NCBI GenBank assembly: GCA_902540805.1 | Contig: CACBON010000005.1 | Location: forward strand, 12,476-76,475 | Direction: 5' to 3' | Origin: an uncultured Alphaproteobacteria bacterium | Lineage (GTDB): Bacteria > Pseudomonadota > Alphaproteobacteria > Methylaequorales > Methylaequoraceae | DNA length: 64,000 nucleotides | Shown here: in pieces, positions 26,286-36,356 of the stretch | How positions within the stretch are numbered: the first letter of the stretch is position 1 | Layout of the letters: each line of letters starts with the position of its first letter | Position numbers and translations under genes: made by a program | Notes under the pieces: generated by a model | What the model saw: only the letters and a program-made list of their open reading frames with translations | The model's database searches: none | What the model was told of the DNA's origin: nothing

Positions 26286-29159
26286 AAAGTTCTTAATTAT
26301 ATTTGGCACAAAAACTGATATTGGGTTGTAAAATACTTCATATTCACCATCAACCTTTTCAACCTTAAATTTTGCCCCTATTAATCCATCTTCAGGTGAA
26401 CCAGCAGTTACAATATCGCCTACGATAGGAAATTTTGTTATCAGAGTATTTATGGTGTAAGCTGGAATAATTGATCCATTCATTAAAAAATAATCATCAT
26501 TCAAACCAATAACACTGTCGAATTGAATGCCTAGTTCACTTCCCTTTAGAAGACTGTCAACAATCTTAAATTTATCGTTTTCAAGTTTATAATTAGCATT
26601 AAAGTTGTTGAAAATGATCCCACCGTCTTTTAATTTTTGTGCAAATCCGTCTAATGAAAAGATACTAAAAAAATTAGCAAGAAAAGGTGCATCAAAAAAT
26701 ACAATATTTTTTCCAGCTATCGCCCCTTCATATTTATCAGAATTTTCTTTTTTTAAGCCTTCAATTTTTATACTTCCTTTATTGATATTTAAGTCTAAAT
26801 TAAAAATATTAAGCAAACCAGGAATATAATTTGATTCAAGAATAAATTCTTTATCAGCATCTCTATCATTAATTGAAAGTGTGTGGAAATCATTTTCTCC
26901 GACAAAATTAACATTGATTTTCTGAAAAAAATTATTCAATTTTTTAGCATATATAGTCGAATTTGAATAATTCATATTTCCAAAGCTTAGATTATTTATT
27001 TTAAAATCTAATTCAAAGTTCGAGATTTTAAAATTATCTTCTTCAAAAATATCAATAGAATTAAGTGACAATTTGTTTGCATTAATAAGAAATTTATTAT
27101 TCTCACTTTCATACCTCAAATTGAAATCTTGTTTAGGAGATTTAAAAGTCTGAACATCAAGCTCAATTATTTTACTTAAATTAAAAATTGAATTAACTTC
27201 TAAATTTAAGTTTCTGGTTTTTATATCTGCAAATCCAGAAAAAGAATTATCATATGGTCTAACTAGAAATCTTAATTTACCATTGTTAAAATCCAAATTT
27301 GGACCAAGAAAATCTGATTTTAAATTCAAATTTTCAAGATTTCCAAACCCTTCAATTTTTGAAAATCCATCATTGTCCTCAAGAATATTATATGATATTT
27401 CGGCGTAACCATTTATTATGAAATCACCATTTGGGAAAAAGTACTCTGAGAAAGATGGTTCAATGGTATATTTACCTTTGATTTCGCCTTTAAATCCATC
27501 TTTAATATTCGATTGTTCTCCACTAAACTCAGTGTAAGAACTAAATATCCTGCCTCCGCCATTGTACTTCACTTTTGAATTGTTAATGTCAATGTTTAAA
27601 TAAAAGTCGTTTAAATCATACTTACTTAAAATATCTTCGAATGTAGAATCTGTTATAGTAACATTTGAGTTGTATTTAATCTTCTCTGTTGGTAAGTCAA
27701 CTAAAAGAGGAAATTTTAGATCAAGGTATATCGAAGTATTACCTTTTATGTTCCTTAATTTTGAAAAATTTTTTTTATTAATTGGAGAAATATCAAGATA
27801 ATTAATTACATCTTGATTGGTTGAAAATATTTCTAAAAAAACATCAGCATTTTCTAAATCAGTTTCCAAATCTTTTAACTTTACAGTTCCACTTTTTATA
27901 TTAAGATTTCTGGATTGTCCTGAATTAATAGTAAATATTAACTCATGATTTTTAATTTTAGCAAACCCATTTATATTTTCAATAATCGGCATAGATTCCA
28001 TATATCTGATTTTTGTATTGTTAAAATCAAATTTTCCTTTTAAATTTTCAACTAAAAAAGTGTCATTCTTTTTAAATATATTTAAACTTAACAAAGCATT
28101 AAATATTTGACCTTTGGAATTATTTTTCATCCAAACATAAACTGGTTCTTTAAAATTAACTGGCCAAAGATCTAACAACTCATTGACATAAATTTTTTCT
28201 ACATTAGCTAAAAACGTTGCAGAACTCATTAGTTTGGGGTCAATTCTTAAAACAAATTTAATTTGAGATTGTTGATGTTTTAAATTTAATATTATGTCTA
28301 AAAAATTTTTATTCTTTTCTCCATAAATTTTCGAACCATTAAAACTTATGGTTTCAGAACCGTTATATGTTGGATATTTAAAATTACCGCCTAGTTTCAA
28401 ATTAAAAATCATTTCATCAATTAGTTTATCTTTGTTAATTAAAAATTTAGAGGATCCAGACAAATTTAAATTATTGAATGATATGTTTTCAAAATCAAAA
28501 ATATACTTTACAAAATCAAAATTAAATTTTCTTAATTCAAGACTAATTTCATTTACCTTTTCTTTATTTAATACATTAAGCAAGAAAAAATTATCCAATA
28601 AATTCATTTCAGAAACTGAGAGATTTAATTCTTCATTATTAAAATTAAAATCAATTGAATATTTTTTTATATCTTCATCATTAATTTCTAGTTTAACTTT
28701 CGTATTTGAAATTTGAATATTTGAGAAATATTTTAAAAACTCAAAGTTTGATTTTAGCCTTTCAATAGTTAAAAAATTACTTTCTTTATTTTGAGATTTT
28801 CCTGAATGTGTGATTTTAATGTCTCCATCAAAAATTTTTAAAGAAGTATAGAAAAATTGTTTTTCAAATGTGGGGTCGATAGTAATCAAAATATTTGGAA
28901 AATAAGAGTTCTCATAAACAAGATCTTCGACAAGTAATTCAAAATTTTTAGTAACTTTATTAAAACTTAAAAATATATCACCTATTTCCTCAACTTTAAT
29001 TTTTTCAAAAATTTTGCTCTCTCTATCAAAGTAATCTAAAAAGTTTATTTTCAAGGGCTTAAGGGATATAACAAATATAAAAGATGAAATTAACGTAAAG
29101 AAAAACAAGAAAATTATTGAAATAATAAATGATAATCTAATTTTTCTTTTTGATGTCAT
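26274..29159 (-). CDS. large membrane-anchored AsmA/YhdP-like protein (DUF3971-type C-terminus)
   Basis: It has an N-terminal TM helix and about 900 aa of beta-rich N/K/F/I sequence. The C-terminal block is GSELGIQFDS...GSIIPAYTIN...PIVGDIV...GLIGAKFKVEKVDGEYEVFYNPISVFVP, as in YhdP/AsmA-family tails. Confidence 0.6.
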   Translation of the reverse strand: MTSKRKIRLSFIISIIFLFFFTLISSFIFVISLKPLKINFLDYFDRESKIFEKIKVEEIGDIFLSFNKVTKNFELLVEDLVYENSYFPNILITIDPTFEKQFFYTSLKIFDGDIKITHSGKSQNKESNFLTIERLKSNFEFLKYFSNIQISNTKVKLEINDEDIKKYSIDFNFNNEELNLSVSEMNLLDNFFLLNVLNKEKVNEISLELRKFNFDFVKYIFDFENISFNNLNLSGSSKFLINKDKLIDEMIFNLKLGGNFKYPTYNGSETISFNGSKIYGEKNKNFLDIILNLKHQQSQIKFVLRIDPKLMSSATFLANVEKIYVNELLDLWPVNFKEPVYVWMKNNSKGQIFNALLSLNIFKKNDTFLVENLKGKFDFNNTKIRYMESMPIIENINGFAKIKNHELIFTINSGQSRNLNIKSGTVKLKDLETDLENADVFLEIFSTNQDVINYLDISPINKKNFSKLRNIKGNTSIYLDLKFPLLVDLPTEKIKYNSNVTITDSTFEDILSKYDLNDFYLNIDINNSKVKYNGGGRIFSSYTEFSGEQSNIKDGFKGEIKGKYTIEPSFSEYFFPNGDFIINGYAEISYNILEDNDGFSKIEGFGNLENLNLKSDFLGPNLDFNNGKLRFLVRPYDNSFSGFADIKTRNLNLEVNSIFNLSKIIELDVQTFKSPKQDFNLRYESENNKFLINANKLSLNSIDIFEEDNFKISNFELDFKINNLSFGNMNYSNSTIYAKKLNNFFQKINVNFVGENDFHTLSINDRDADKEFILESNYIPGLLNIFNLDLNINKGSIKIEGLKKENSDKYEGAIAGKNIVFFDAPFLANFFSIFSLDGFAQKLKDGGIIFNNFNANYKLENDKFKIVDSLLKGSELGIQFDSVIGLNDDYFLMNGSIIPAYTINTLITKFPIVGDIVTAGSPEDGLIGAKFKVEKVDGEYEVFYNPISVFVPNIIKNFLGD

Positions 29160-29217
29160 AATATCTTTACTAATATAACTTAGATGTTAAAAAACTATAC
29201 ATAAAATGTAATTAATT

Positions 29218-29670
29218 ATGAAAATTGGAGAAAAGCTAAAAAATTTAAGATTTGTTATTGATAGCGATAACTCAATTTCTACTTCTGATCTTGCTGGAAA
29301 AAAACTCGTTGTTTATTTTTATCCGAAAGACGACACACCGGGTTGTACAAAAGAAGCATTAGAGTTTTCAAATCTCAAAAATGAGTTTGATAAAAAAAAT
29401 GTTAATATTATTGGCGTGTCTAAAGACTCAATCCAAAAACATAAAAAATTTATTTCTAAATATAAACTCAATCTTAAGTTGGCTTCAGATGAGGATCTTA
29501 AAATATGCGAAACCTTTAAAGTTTGGGTGGAAAAGTCAATGTACGGAAAAAAATATATGGGTATTGAAAGATCTACTTTTTTGTTTGATGAAAATCTGAA
29601 TCTGATTAAATCTTGGAGAAAAGTAAAAGTTAATGGACATGCAGAAGAAGTTTTAAAGTCTTTAGACTAA
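29218..29670 (+). CDS. bcp: thiol peroxidase / peroxiredoxin Bcp
   Basis: It has YFYPKDDTPGCTKE with the peroxidatic Cys. Confidence 0.9.
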   Translation: MKIGEKLKNLRFVIDSDNSISTSDLAGKKLVVYFYPKDDTPGCTKEALEFSNLKNEFDKKNVNIIGVSKDSIQKHKKFISKYKLNLKLASDEDLKICETFKVWVEKSMYGKKYMGIERSTFLFDENLNLIKSWRKVKVNGHAEEVLKSLD

Positions 29671-30762
29671 CTAAATTTTATCAATTGATTTTCTAAGAAA
29701 AAATCAATCTTTCCATCAAGCACACTACTCGTATCTGAAATCTGCTTATTGGTTCTATGGTCTTTCACCATTGTATAGGGTTGAAGAATATATGATCTTA
29801 TTTGATTACCCCAGCCAATCTCACCTTTTTGATCTCTATTCTTTTTATTTTCCTCTTCTTCCTTAATTATTTGTCTCTCATATAATTTTGATTTAAGCAT
29901 CTCAATTGCTAATGACTTATTCCTATGTTGAGATCTACTACTTTGGCACTGAACTGAAATTTTTGTAGGTAAATGCGTAATTCTTATTGCGCTATCTGTT
30001 TTGTTGACATGCTGCCCGCCAGCTCCAGACGCTCTAAATGTATCTACTTTAATATCTTTGTCAGATATTATAATTTCAACGCTATTATCGATCTCAGGAT
30101 AACAATAAACTGAAGCAAAACTAGTGTGTCTTCTGGACTGAGAGTCAAACGGAGAAATCCTTACTAGCCGGTGCACACCATTTTCATACTTTAACCATCC
30201 ATATGAATTTTCCCCTCTTACTTTAAACGTTAAAGATTTGTATCCAGCTTCGTCACCAACATTCTGATCAACTAATTCCGTATTAAAACCTCTTGAATCA
30301 CACCATCTTGAATACATTCTAAATAAAATTGCTACCCAATCCTGAGACTCAACTCCACCAGCTCCAGAATGAATTTCTACTAAAGAATTGTTAGAATCAG
30401 CTTTTCCAGTCAAAAGGGTTTCTAAATGAAGTTTTGTTAAATTTTTTTCAATTGTAATTAATTCATTTTTTAAATCATTAAGCAGATTTTTATCGCTACT
30501 ATTATGTGAAATGGTAAGCAGTTCTTTGATATCTTTGAAATTTTGCTCATTATTGTCAATAGAGTTCAAAAAATTCGTCAGGAAATTTTTTCTTTTCATA
30601 TCTTGATTTAGAAGATCATGATTTTCCCAGTTTTCCTGATCTTGAAGCCTTGAATCAATTGATCTTAGTTCATTGTCTAAGCCTTTTTTTTCAAACGAAC
30701 CCCCTCAGGTTCTCTAGCAAACCTTGCAACTTTATAATTAAATCTGAACTTTCAATACTCAT
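29667..30762 (-). CDS. prfB: peptide chain release factor 2, expressed through a programmed +1 frameshift
   Basis: Frame 0 runs from ATG 30762 through MSIESSDLIIKLQGLLENLRGFV to an in-frame TGA (30693-30691). The +1 frame continues EKKGLDNELRSIDSRLQDQENWENHDLLNQD into the track ORF 29667-30599. The SPF (RISPFDS) and GGQ (SGAGGQHVN) motifs are present. Confidence 0.92.
30691..30705 (-). promoter_or_regulatory. prfB recoding site: SD-like AGGGGG, 3-nt spacer, GUU UGA A
   Basis: The minus strand reads AGG GGG TTC GTT TGA AAA. The layout matches the E. coli site AGG GGG TAT CTT TGA C, but the slip codon is GUU and an A follows the stop. Confidence 0.8.
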
Positions 30763-33119
30763 CAATAAAATCCTCTTAAATCAAATTTATTACTCTTATT
30801 ATCATTGTTAACATCAAAGTCAAAATCAAAGTTATTTTTAAATGCCTCCGTAATGAAATCAGTGTTACTGGGTTTTCCTGAAACTAAATCAACATTGATA
30901 AATTTTATATTTTCTGGAATGACAAATGGTTGAGGCTTTTGTTTCTTGTGAATTTTCTGCATTAAATCATGAAAGATTGGCGCTGCAACTTTTGAACCAG
31001 TTTCAAATTTTCCAAGAGACTTAGGAACATCATAACCAACAAATACGCCTATAGTAATCTCCGAATTGTACCCTACAAACCAAGCATCCTGGTTATTATT
31101 TGTTGTTCCTGTTTTCCCTGCAACTTGAAAATCGAAGTTGTTAATATTTTTTGCAGTTCCTCTTTGAATAACTCCCATTAAAAATGAAGTCATCTGATAT
31201 GCTGATTCTTTTGAAAAAACATTTTCTTTATTATTTTTGATTTTAGGTATTTCAAAATTATTTATTTGAGATATTTCTGGATCAGATTTAATTGAAATAT
31301 TACAATTTAAACAGTTTCGTTTGTCGCCTTTAAACAAAAAATTCCCGTTATTATCATATATTGCATCTATTAAAACAGGATCTACTTTTTTACCTCCATT
31401 TGCTAAAGTTGCGTATGCTGACGTGATCTTTATTAATGAACTTTCAAGAGAGCCTAAGGAACTAGATATTAAATATGGAAACTTTTCATAAATTCCAAGA
31501 TCTGTTGAAATTTTTGCAATTTTTTCAAGACCAATTTTATCCGAAAGTCTTACTGTCATTAAATTTCTAGACTTTTCAATACCAAGTCTTAATGTGCTTA
31601 ATCCGTAAAATTTATCACCATAATTTGTTGGACGCCAAATACCGTCTTTAGAATAATCATCGATAACAAATGGAGCATCAAGCACTTTTGTAACTGGAGA
31701 ATATCCATTTTCCAGTGCTGCAAGATAAACCATAGGCTTAAAAGATGAACCAAGTTGTCTCTTTGCCTGTGTTGATCTATTAAAAGAGGAACTTGAATCA
31801 TAACCACCTACCATAGCTAAAATTCTTCCAGTTTTATTTTCTAACACAACAAGTCCTCCGTTGACTTTTGGAATTTGACTTAAATTATAAGTTTTAGTTG
31901 TTTCATCAAATTCTAAAACAATAACATCGCCTACTTTAAATTTATTTTTCATTTGAAAATTTTTATCTCTAATAAGTTTTACATTGTCAAAACCAAGCTT
32001 TACTTTTTTTTTATCACTTAGTAAAATTTTTATGAATTCTTCATTTGTTCTTGTGACAACTCCAATCTGTTTATCAAACAAACCTTCCGGCTTTTTAAAT
32101 TGTTCAATTAATTCAACAAAATTTTTTTTTTCTTTAAAATTTGTTAGTGGACCTAACCACCCTTTTCTACTTGAAAATTCATTAATTCCTTTTCTAAAGG
32201 ATTCTTCAGCTTGAAGTTGAATGTTTTCGTCTAAACTCGTCATTATTGTCATTCCACCATCATAAAGTTTACTTTCGTTAAACATCGAAATAATTTCTCT
32301 TCTAACCTCCTCTTTAAAAAACGAGGCCTTATTATTTAGTATTTTTTTGGTTTTGGAGAGTTTTATGGGTTTGCTTATAATCGTATCGTATTCTGAAACC
32401 TCAATAAAATTTTCATCTAGAAGTCTTTTGAGAACCCAATTTCTCCTTTTCAGAGCTTTAATGGGATTTTTATAGGGGTTGTAAGTTGAAGGAGCTTTTG
32501 GAAGAGCTGCAAGCATTGCCATTTCGTCTAATTCAAGATTAGATAAGGATTTATTAAAATAATTGAGTGATGCTGACCTAATTCCATATGAACCGTCACC
32601 TAAATAAATCTCGTTAAGATAAAGTTCCATAATTTTTTCTTTTTTAAGAACCTTTTCCATTCTTAATGCTAGGATAATTTCTTTTATTTTTCTGCTATAA
32701 GAAATTTCATTTGTTAATAAAAAGTTTTTGGCAACTTGTTGTGTAATAGTTGAAGCACCCTCTGGTCTTTTATTACTAAATGTTTTGAGAACATTCTTCA
32801 GAAAAGCTCTAAAGATTCCTTTAATATCAATTCCAACATGGTTATAAAAATTTACGTCCTCTGATACTAAAAAACAATTGATTAATTCGGTTGGAATTTC
32901 TTCATATTTTGCAAAGATTCGATTTTCATTTGAATAGTCCTCTAAAAAATTCCCATTAGAAGTAAAAATTTTAGATACCAACCTTGGTTGATAGTAAGAA
33001 AGTTTATCAAAACTTGGAAGATCTTTACCAAAATTATATGCTATAAAAATTAAAAACAAGAAGGCAGATATTGTACCAATTGAAAACAACATTAAAAAAT
33101 TTTTTAAATACCTTCTCAT
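30762..33119 (-). CDS. mrcA: penicillin-binding protein 1A (transglycosylase/transpeptidase)
   Basis: It has the GT51 block SEDVNFYNHVGID...RPEGASTITQQ, and the transpeptidase motifs SSFKP (SxxK) and KTGTT. Confidence 0.92.
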   Translation of the reverse strand: MRRYLKNFLMLFSIGTISAFLFLIFIAYNFGKDLPSFDKLSYYQPRLVSKIFTSNGNFLEDYSNENRIFAKYEEIPTELINCFLVSEDVNFYNHVGIDIKGIFRAFLKNVLKTFSNKRPEGASTITQQVAKNFLLTNEISYSRKIKEIILALRMEKVLKKEKIMELYLNEIYLGDGSYGIRSASLNYFNKSLSNLELDEMAMLAALPKAPSTYNPYKNPIKALKRRNWVLKRLLDENFIEVSEYDTIISKPIKLSKTKKILNNKASFFKEEVRREIISMFNESKLYDGGMTIMTSLDENIQLQAEESFRKGINEFSSRKGWLGPLTNFKEKKNFVELIEQFKKPEGLFDKQIGVVTRTNEEFIKILLSDKKKVKLGFDNVKLIRDKNFQMKNKFKVGDVIVLEFDETTKTYNLSQIPKVNGGLVVLENKTGRILAMVGGYDSSSSFNRSTQAKRQLGSSFKPMVYLAALENGYSPVTKVLDAPFVIDDYSKDGIWRPTNYGDKFYGLSTLRLGIEKSRNLMTVRLSDKIGLEKIAKISTDLGIYEKFPYLISSSLGSLESSLIKITSAYATLANGGKKVDPVLIDAIYDNNGNFLFKGDKRNCLNCNISIKSDPEISQINNFEIPKIKNNKENVFSKESAYQMTSFLMGVIQRGTAKNINNFDFQVAGKTGTTNNNQDAWFVGYNSEITIGVFVGYDVPKSLGKFETGSKVAAPIFHDLMQKIHKKQKPQPFVIPENIKFINVDLVSGKPSNTDFITEAFKNNFDFDFDVNNDNKSNKFDLRGFY

Positions 33120-33128
33120 CTTAAAACC

Positions 33129-34190
33129 TTAAATATCATTTTTTTCTTTCCAATTAAAATAATTTATAACAGCTTTTACGATTTTATCAGATAATTTTCT
33201 TTGATAATCCTCTGATATTAATAATTTTGAATCTTTTTTATTGGATAGGTACCCCATTTCCAGAAGTACAGAGGGTATATCTAGAGATTTCAATACTGCA
33301 AAACCGGCTGAACGGTGTGTTCTTTGAAGAAGATTTAAATCATTTTCAAAGGATTTAATCAAAAATTTTACTAATAAACTAGACTGATTTAAAGTATCCC
33401 TTTTTGTAAGGTCTAAAAGTATTGAAGTAACTTCAGAAGTTTCCTCAGACAAATCTACACCATCAATTAAGTCTGACTTATTTTCCCTTCTTGCTAAAGC
33501 TGCCGCTTCTTTATCAGAAGCTCTCTCTGAGAGTGTATATAGCGAAATACCCCTAGCTCTTGAGTTTCTATTAAAGTCAGCATGTAACGAAATAAAAATA
33601 TCGGCATTATTTTTTTTTGCTATTCTTGTTCTACTTCTTAGTTTCAAAAAAAAATCTTCATCTCGAGTCAGAATGACCTTATAATTAGTTCTTTCTTCAA
33701 ATCTTTTTTTAAGAAGTAAGCCTACTTTCAAGGTTATATTTTTCTCAAGATTTTTAAAAATGCCAATTGCACCAGAGTCTTTACCACCATGCCCAGGGTC
33801 AATAATAATTGTTTTTCTTTTTTTTTTCTTTGAAGAATAATCAATAACAATTCTTGAGTGAAATTCTTTTTTTTTTTTAAGTAAGTAAATATTTGTAGAG
33901 AAAATGTTTTTATTAAAATTTAAAGATAATTTTTTTAACTCATTATTATAATCAATATCACGTAAATCATTTTTTGTTTTAAATTTTTTGTTGACTTCTA
34001 TATTATCTTTAAAAAAAATCTCAATCTTCTTATCGAAAACTTTCGAATTAAACGAAGTATCTTTTGTAAGATCCAGTACTATTCTTTTTACTTCACCATT
34101 TGAACCAAATCTTAAATTTACTAATTCAATAGAATATGCTTGATTAGAATAAATAATAAAAAGAAAAATGAATTTAATAAAATAAATCAA
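33129..34190 (-). CDS. N-acetylmuramoyl-L-alanine amidase (AMIN domain + amidase_3)
   Basis: It has a signal peptide, an AMIN-like N-terminal domain, and the DPGHGGKDSGA...SLHADF...E catalytic blocks. Confidence 0.85.
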   Translation of the reverse strand: MIYFIKFIFLFIIYSNQAYSIELVNLRFGSNGEVKRIVLDLTKDTSFNSKVFDKKIEIFFKDNIEVNKKFKTKNDLRDIDYNNELKKLSLNFNKNIFSTNIYLLKKKKEFHSRIVIDYSSKKKKRKTIIIDPGHGGKDSGAIGIFKNLEKNITLKVGLLLKKRFEERTNYKVILTRDEDFFLKLRSRTRIAKKNNADIFISLHADFNRNSRARGISLYTLSERASDKEAAALARRENKSDLIDGVDLSEETSEVTSILLDLTKRDTLNQSSLLVKFLIKSFENDLNLLQRTHRSAGFAVLKSLDIPSVLLEMGYLSNKKDSKLLISEDYQRKLSDKIVKAVINYFNWKEKNDI

Positions 34191-34328
34191 TTTAAAAAAT
34201 ATAAAGTTATACTAGATATAGTGTTTTTTTTTGAAAAAAAATCAATATCTTCCATGATTTTTTTTTATTTATATGTAATACTAGAATAATAATATAGATA
34301 AGATTTAAGAATTTATAAGGATAATAAA

Positions 34329-36356
34329 ATGAAGAAGAAAATGCTGATTGACGCTTCTCACAGAGAAATTACAAGAGTTGCAATAATTGAAAAGAATAAT
34401 TTAATAGATTACGAGTCAGAAAAAATTAAAAATGAAAGAATCAAAGGTAATATTTATTTAGCAAAAATTGTTAGAGTTGAACCATCACTGCAGGCAGCCT
34501 TTGTTGATTATGGAGGGAACAAACACGGATTTCTGGCATATAATGAAATTCATCCTGATTATTTTAAGATCCCAACTTCTGATAAAAAAAAATTACTTGA
34601 ACAAGAATTAGAAGCCTCTAAGACTGTTCCAATTGAAGAGGAGGAAGACTTTGAAGATCAACAAATCAACAACCAGACCAATATAAATCTGCACAACAAA
34701 TCGAATGAGTCTGATCAACAAAGCGGGTTCCTGTCAAAAGTATTTGATTTCTTTAATTATAAACCTATAGAAGAATTTCCAGTTCAAAGAATAAGAAAAA
34801 GAAAAAAGTTCAAACCTTCTCAAAAAGGATCTCAAATTATATTTCACAGAAAATATAGCATTCAGGAAGTAATTAAAAGTAATCAAGTAATATTAATTCA
34901 GGTTGTAAAAGAGGAAAGAGGAAATAAAGGGGCTGCTGTTACAACAAGATTATCATTAGCCGGAAAATATTGTGTCTTAATGCCTAATACAAATAAAGGT
35001 GGGGGTATATCCAGAAAAATTGAAGACTTAAAATTAAGAAAAAAATTAAAAGATCTTTTAAATAAATTAAACATTAAAAAAGGTATGGGAGTTATTATAA
35101 GAACAGCTGGACAAATCATGGGAATTAAGGAAATTAAAAGAGATTATAATTCTCTTTTAAAGCTTTGGAATGAAATAACTTCCAAAACCATTAAATCCAA
35201 TGCTCCATGTCTTATTCACGAGGAGGATAACATTATAAAAAGATGTATAAGAGATTATTTCGATTCCTCCTTTGATCAAATCTTAATCAATGACAAAGAA
35301 ACACTCAAAAAATCAAGAGAAATTGTTAAACAATTTATGCCAAGTTCAATAAAAGCGGTAAAAAATTATACTGATAAAAAACCACTTTTTTCTTGTTTTG
35401 GACTTGAAAAAAAAATTATAAGCATAAACAACCCTATTGTTAATTTAAAATCTGGAGGATATCTTGTAATAAATCAAACAGAGGCTCTTGTATCTATTGA
35501 CATTAATTCAGGCAAATATACGAAACAACGAAATATAGAAGACACAGCTTTTAAGACAAACTTAGAAGCTTCAGAAGAAATTAGTAAACAATTGCGAATA
35601 AGAGATTTAGCTGGATTAATTGTGATAGATTTTATAGACATGCTTGATAGAGCTCATAACATTAAAGTTGAAAAAAAACTTAAAGAGTGTCTCAGAGAAG
35701 ATAGAGCAAGGATTCAAGTTGGTAGAATAAGTAACTTTGGATTATTAGAGCTTTCTAGACAAAGGTTAAAAGTAACTACTGACACGGTTATGTCCACTAG
35801 ATGTCACACTTGTAATGGTTATGGCAGTATAACATCGCTAGATTTTTTGCATGAGCAATTAACAAAGGTTTGTAATGAGTATTCTCTTAATGCCATTTAT
35901 AAAAATATTTTTCTCCTAACAGGCAAAGAATTATATGACTTGATTTCCAAAAAAGGTGAAAATAATAAGGAATCTTTACTTTCTAAAAAAGTAGTAATTA
36001 CTCACTATCCTAATTTGAAAAATAATGAATTTTTAATTTGTTCTGCAACTGAAGTTTTATATAAAAATTGTCATGAGAGCAATAATATTGAAAATTTTAC
36101 TGATTATTTAATAAACTCAAATAATAATTTCGAGAAAAAAGATTTTCAAGAAAACGATAATAACTCAAACGCTAAAAAGAAGAGAGTTAGTTACAGAGCG
36201 AAAGCAAATGACTTTGAGATGAAAAAAAATCTAAAAAAAAATGAATCAACAAAAAGAAAAAACAAAAATCATAATGACAGTTTAGAACAGATAAATGTAT
36301 TATCAAAAAATAAAGATAAGAAAATAGAAAAAAGGCAAGGTTGGTGGAATCAATAG
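34329..36356 (+). CDS. rne: ribonuclease E/G family endoribonuclease (RNase E-like)
   Basis: It has an S1 domain (GNIYLAKIVRVEPSLQAAFVDYG) interrupted by an acidic/N-rich insert. It also has the catalytic block EALVSIDINSG...NLEA and the Zn-link CHTCNG, followed by a K/N-rich tail. Confidence 0.88.
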   Translation: MKKKMLIDASHREITRVAIIEKNNLIDYESEKIKNERIKGNIYLAKIVRVEPSLQAAFVDYGGNKHGFLAYNEIHPDYFKIPTSDKKKLLEQELEASKTVPIEEEEDFEDQQINNQTNINLHNKSNESDQQSGFLSKVFDFFNYKPIEEFPVQRIRKRKKFKPSQKGSQIIFHRKYSIQEVIKSNQVILIQVVKEERGNKGAAVTTRLSLAGKYCVLMPNTNKGGGISRKIEDLKLRKKLKDLLNKLNIKKGMGVIIRTAGQIMGIKEIKRDYNSLLKLWNEITSKTIKSNAPCLIHEEDNIIKRCIRDYFDSSFDQILINDKETLKKSREIVKQFMPSSIKAVKNYTDKKPLFSCFGLEKKIISINNPIVNLKSGGYLVINQTEALVSIDINSGKYTKQRNIEDTAFKTNLEASEEISKQLRIRDLAGLIVIDFIDMLDRAHNIKVEKKLKECLREDRARIQVGRISNFGLLELSRQRLKVTTDTVMSTRCHTCNGYGSITSLDFLHEQLTKVCNEYSLNAIYKNIFLLTGKELYDLISKKGENNKESLLSKKVVITHYPNLKNNEFLICSATEVLYKNCHESNNIENFTDYLINSNNNFEKKDFQENDNNSNAKKKRVSYRAKANDFEMKKNLKKNESTKRKNKNHNDSLEQINVLSKNKDKKIEKRQGWWNQ

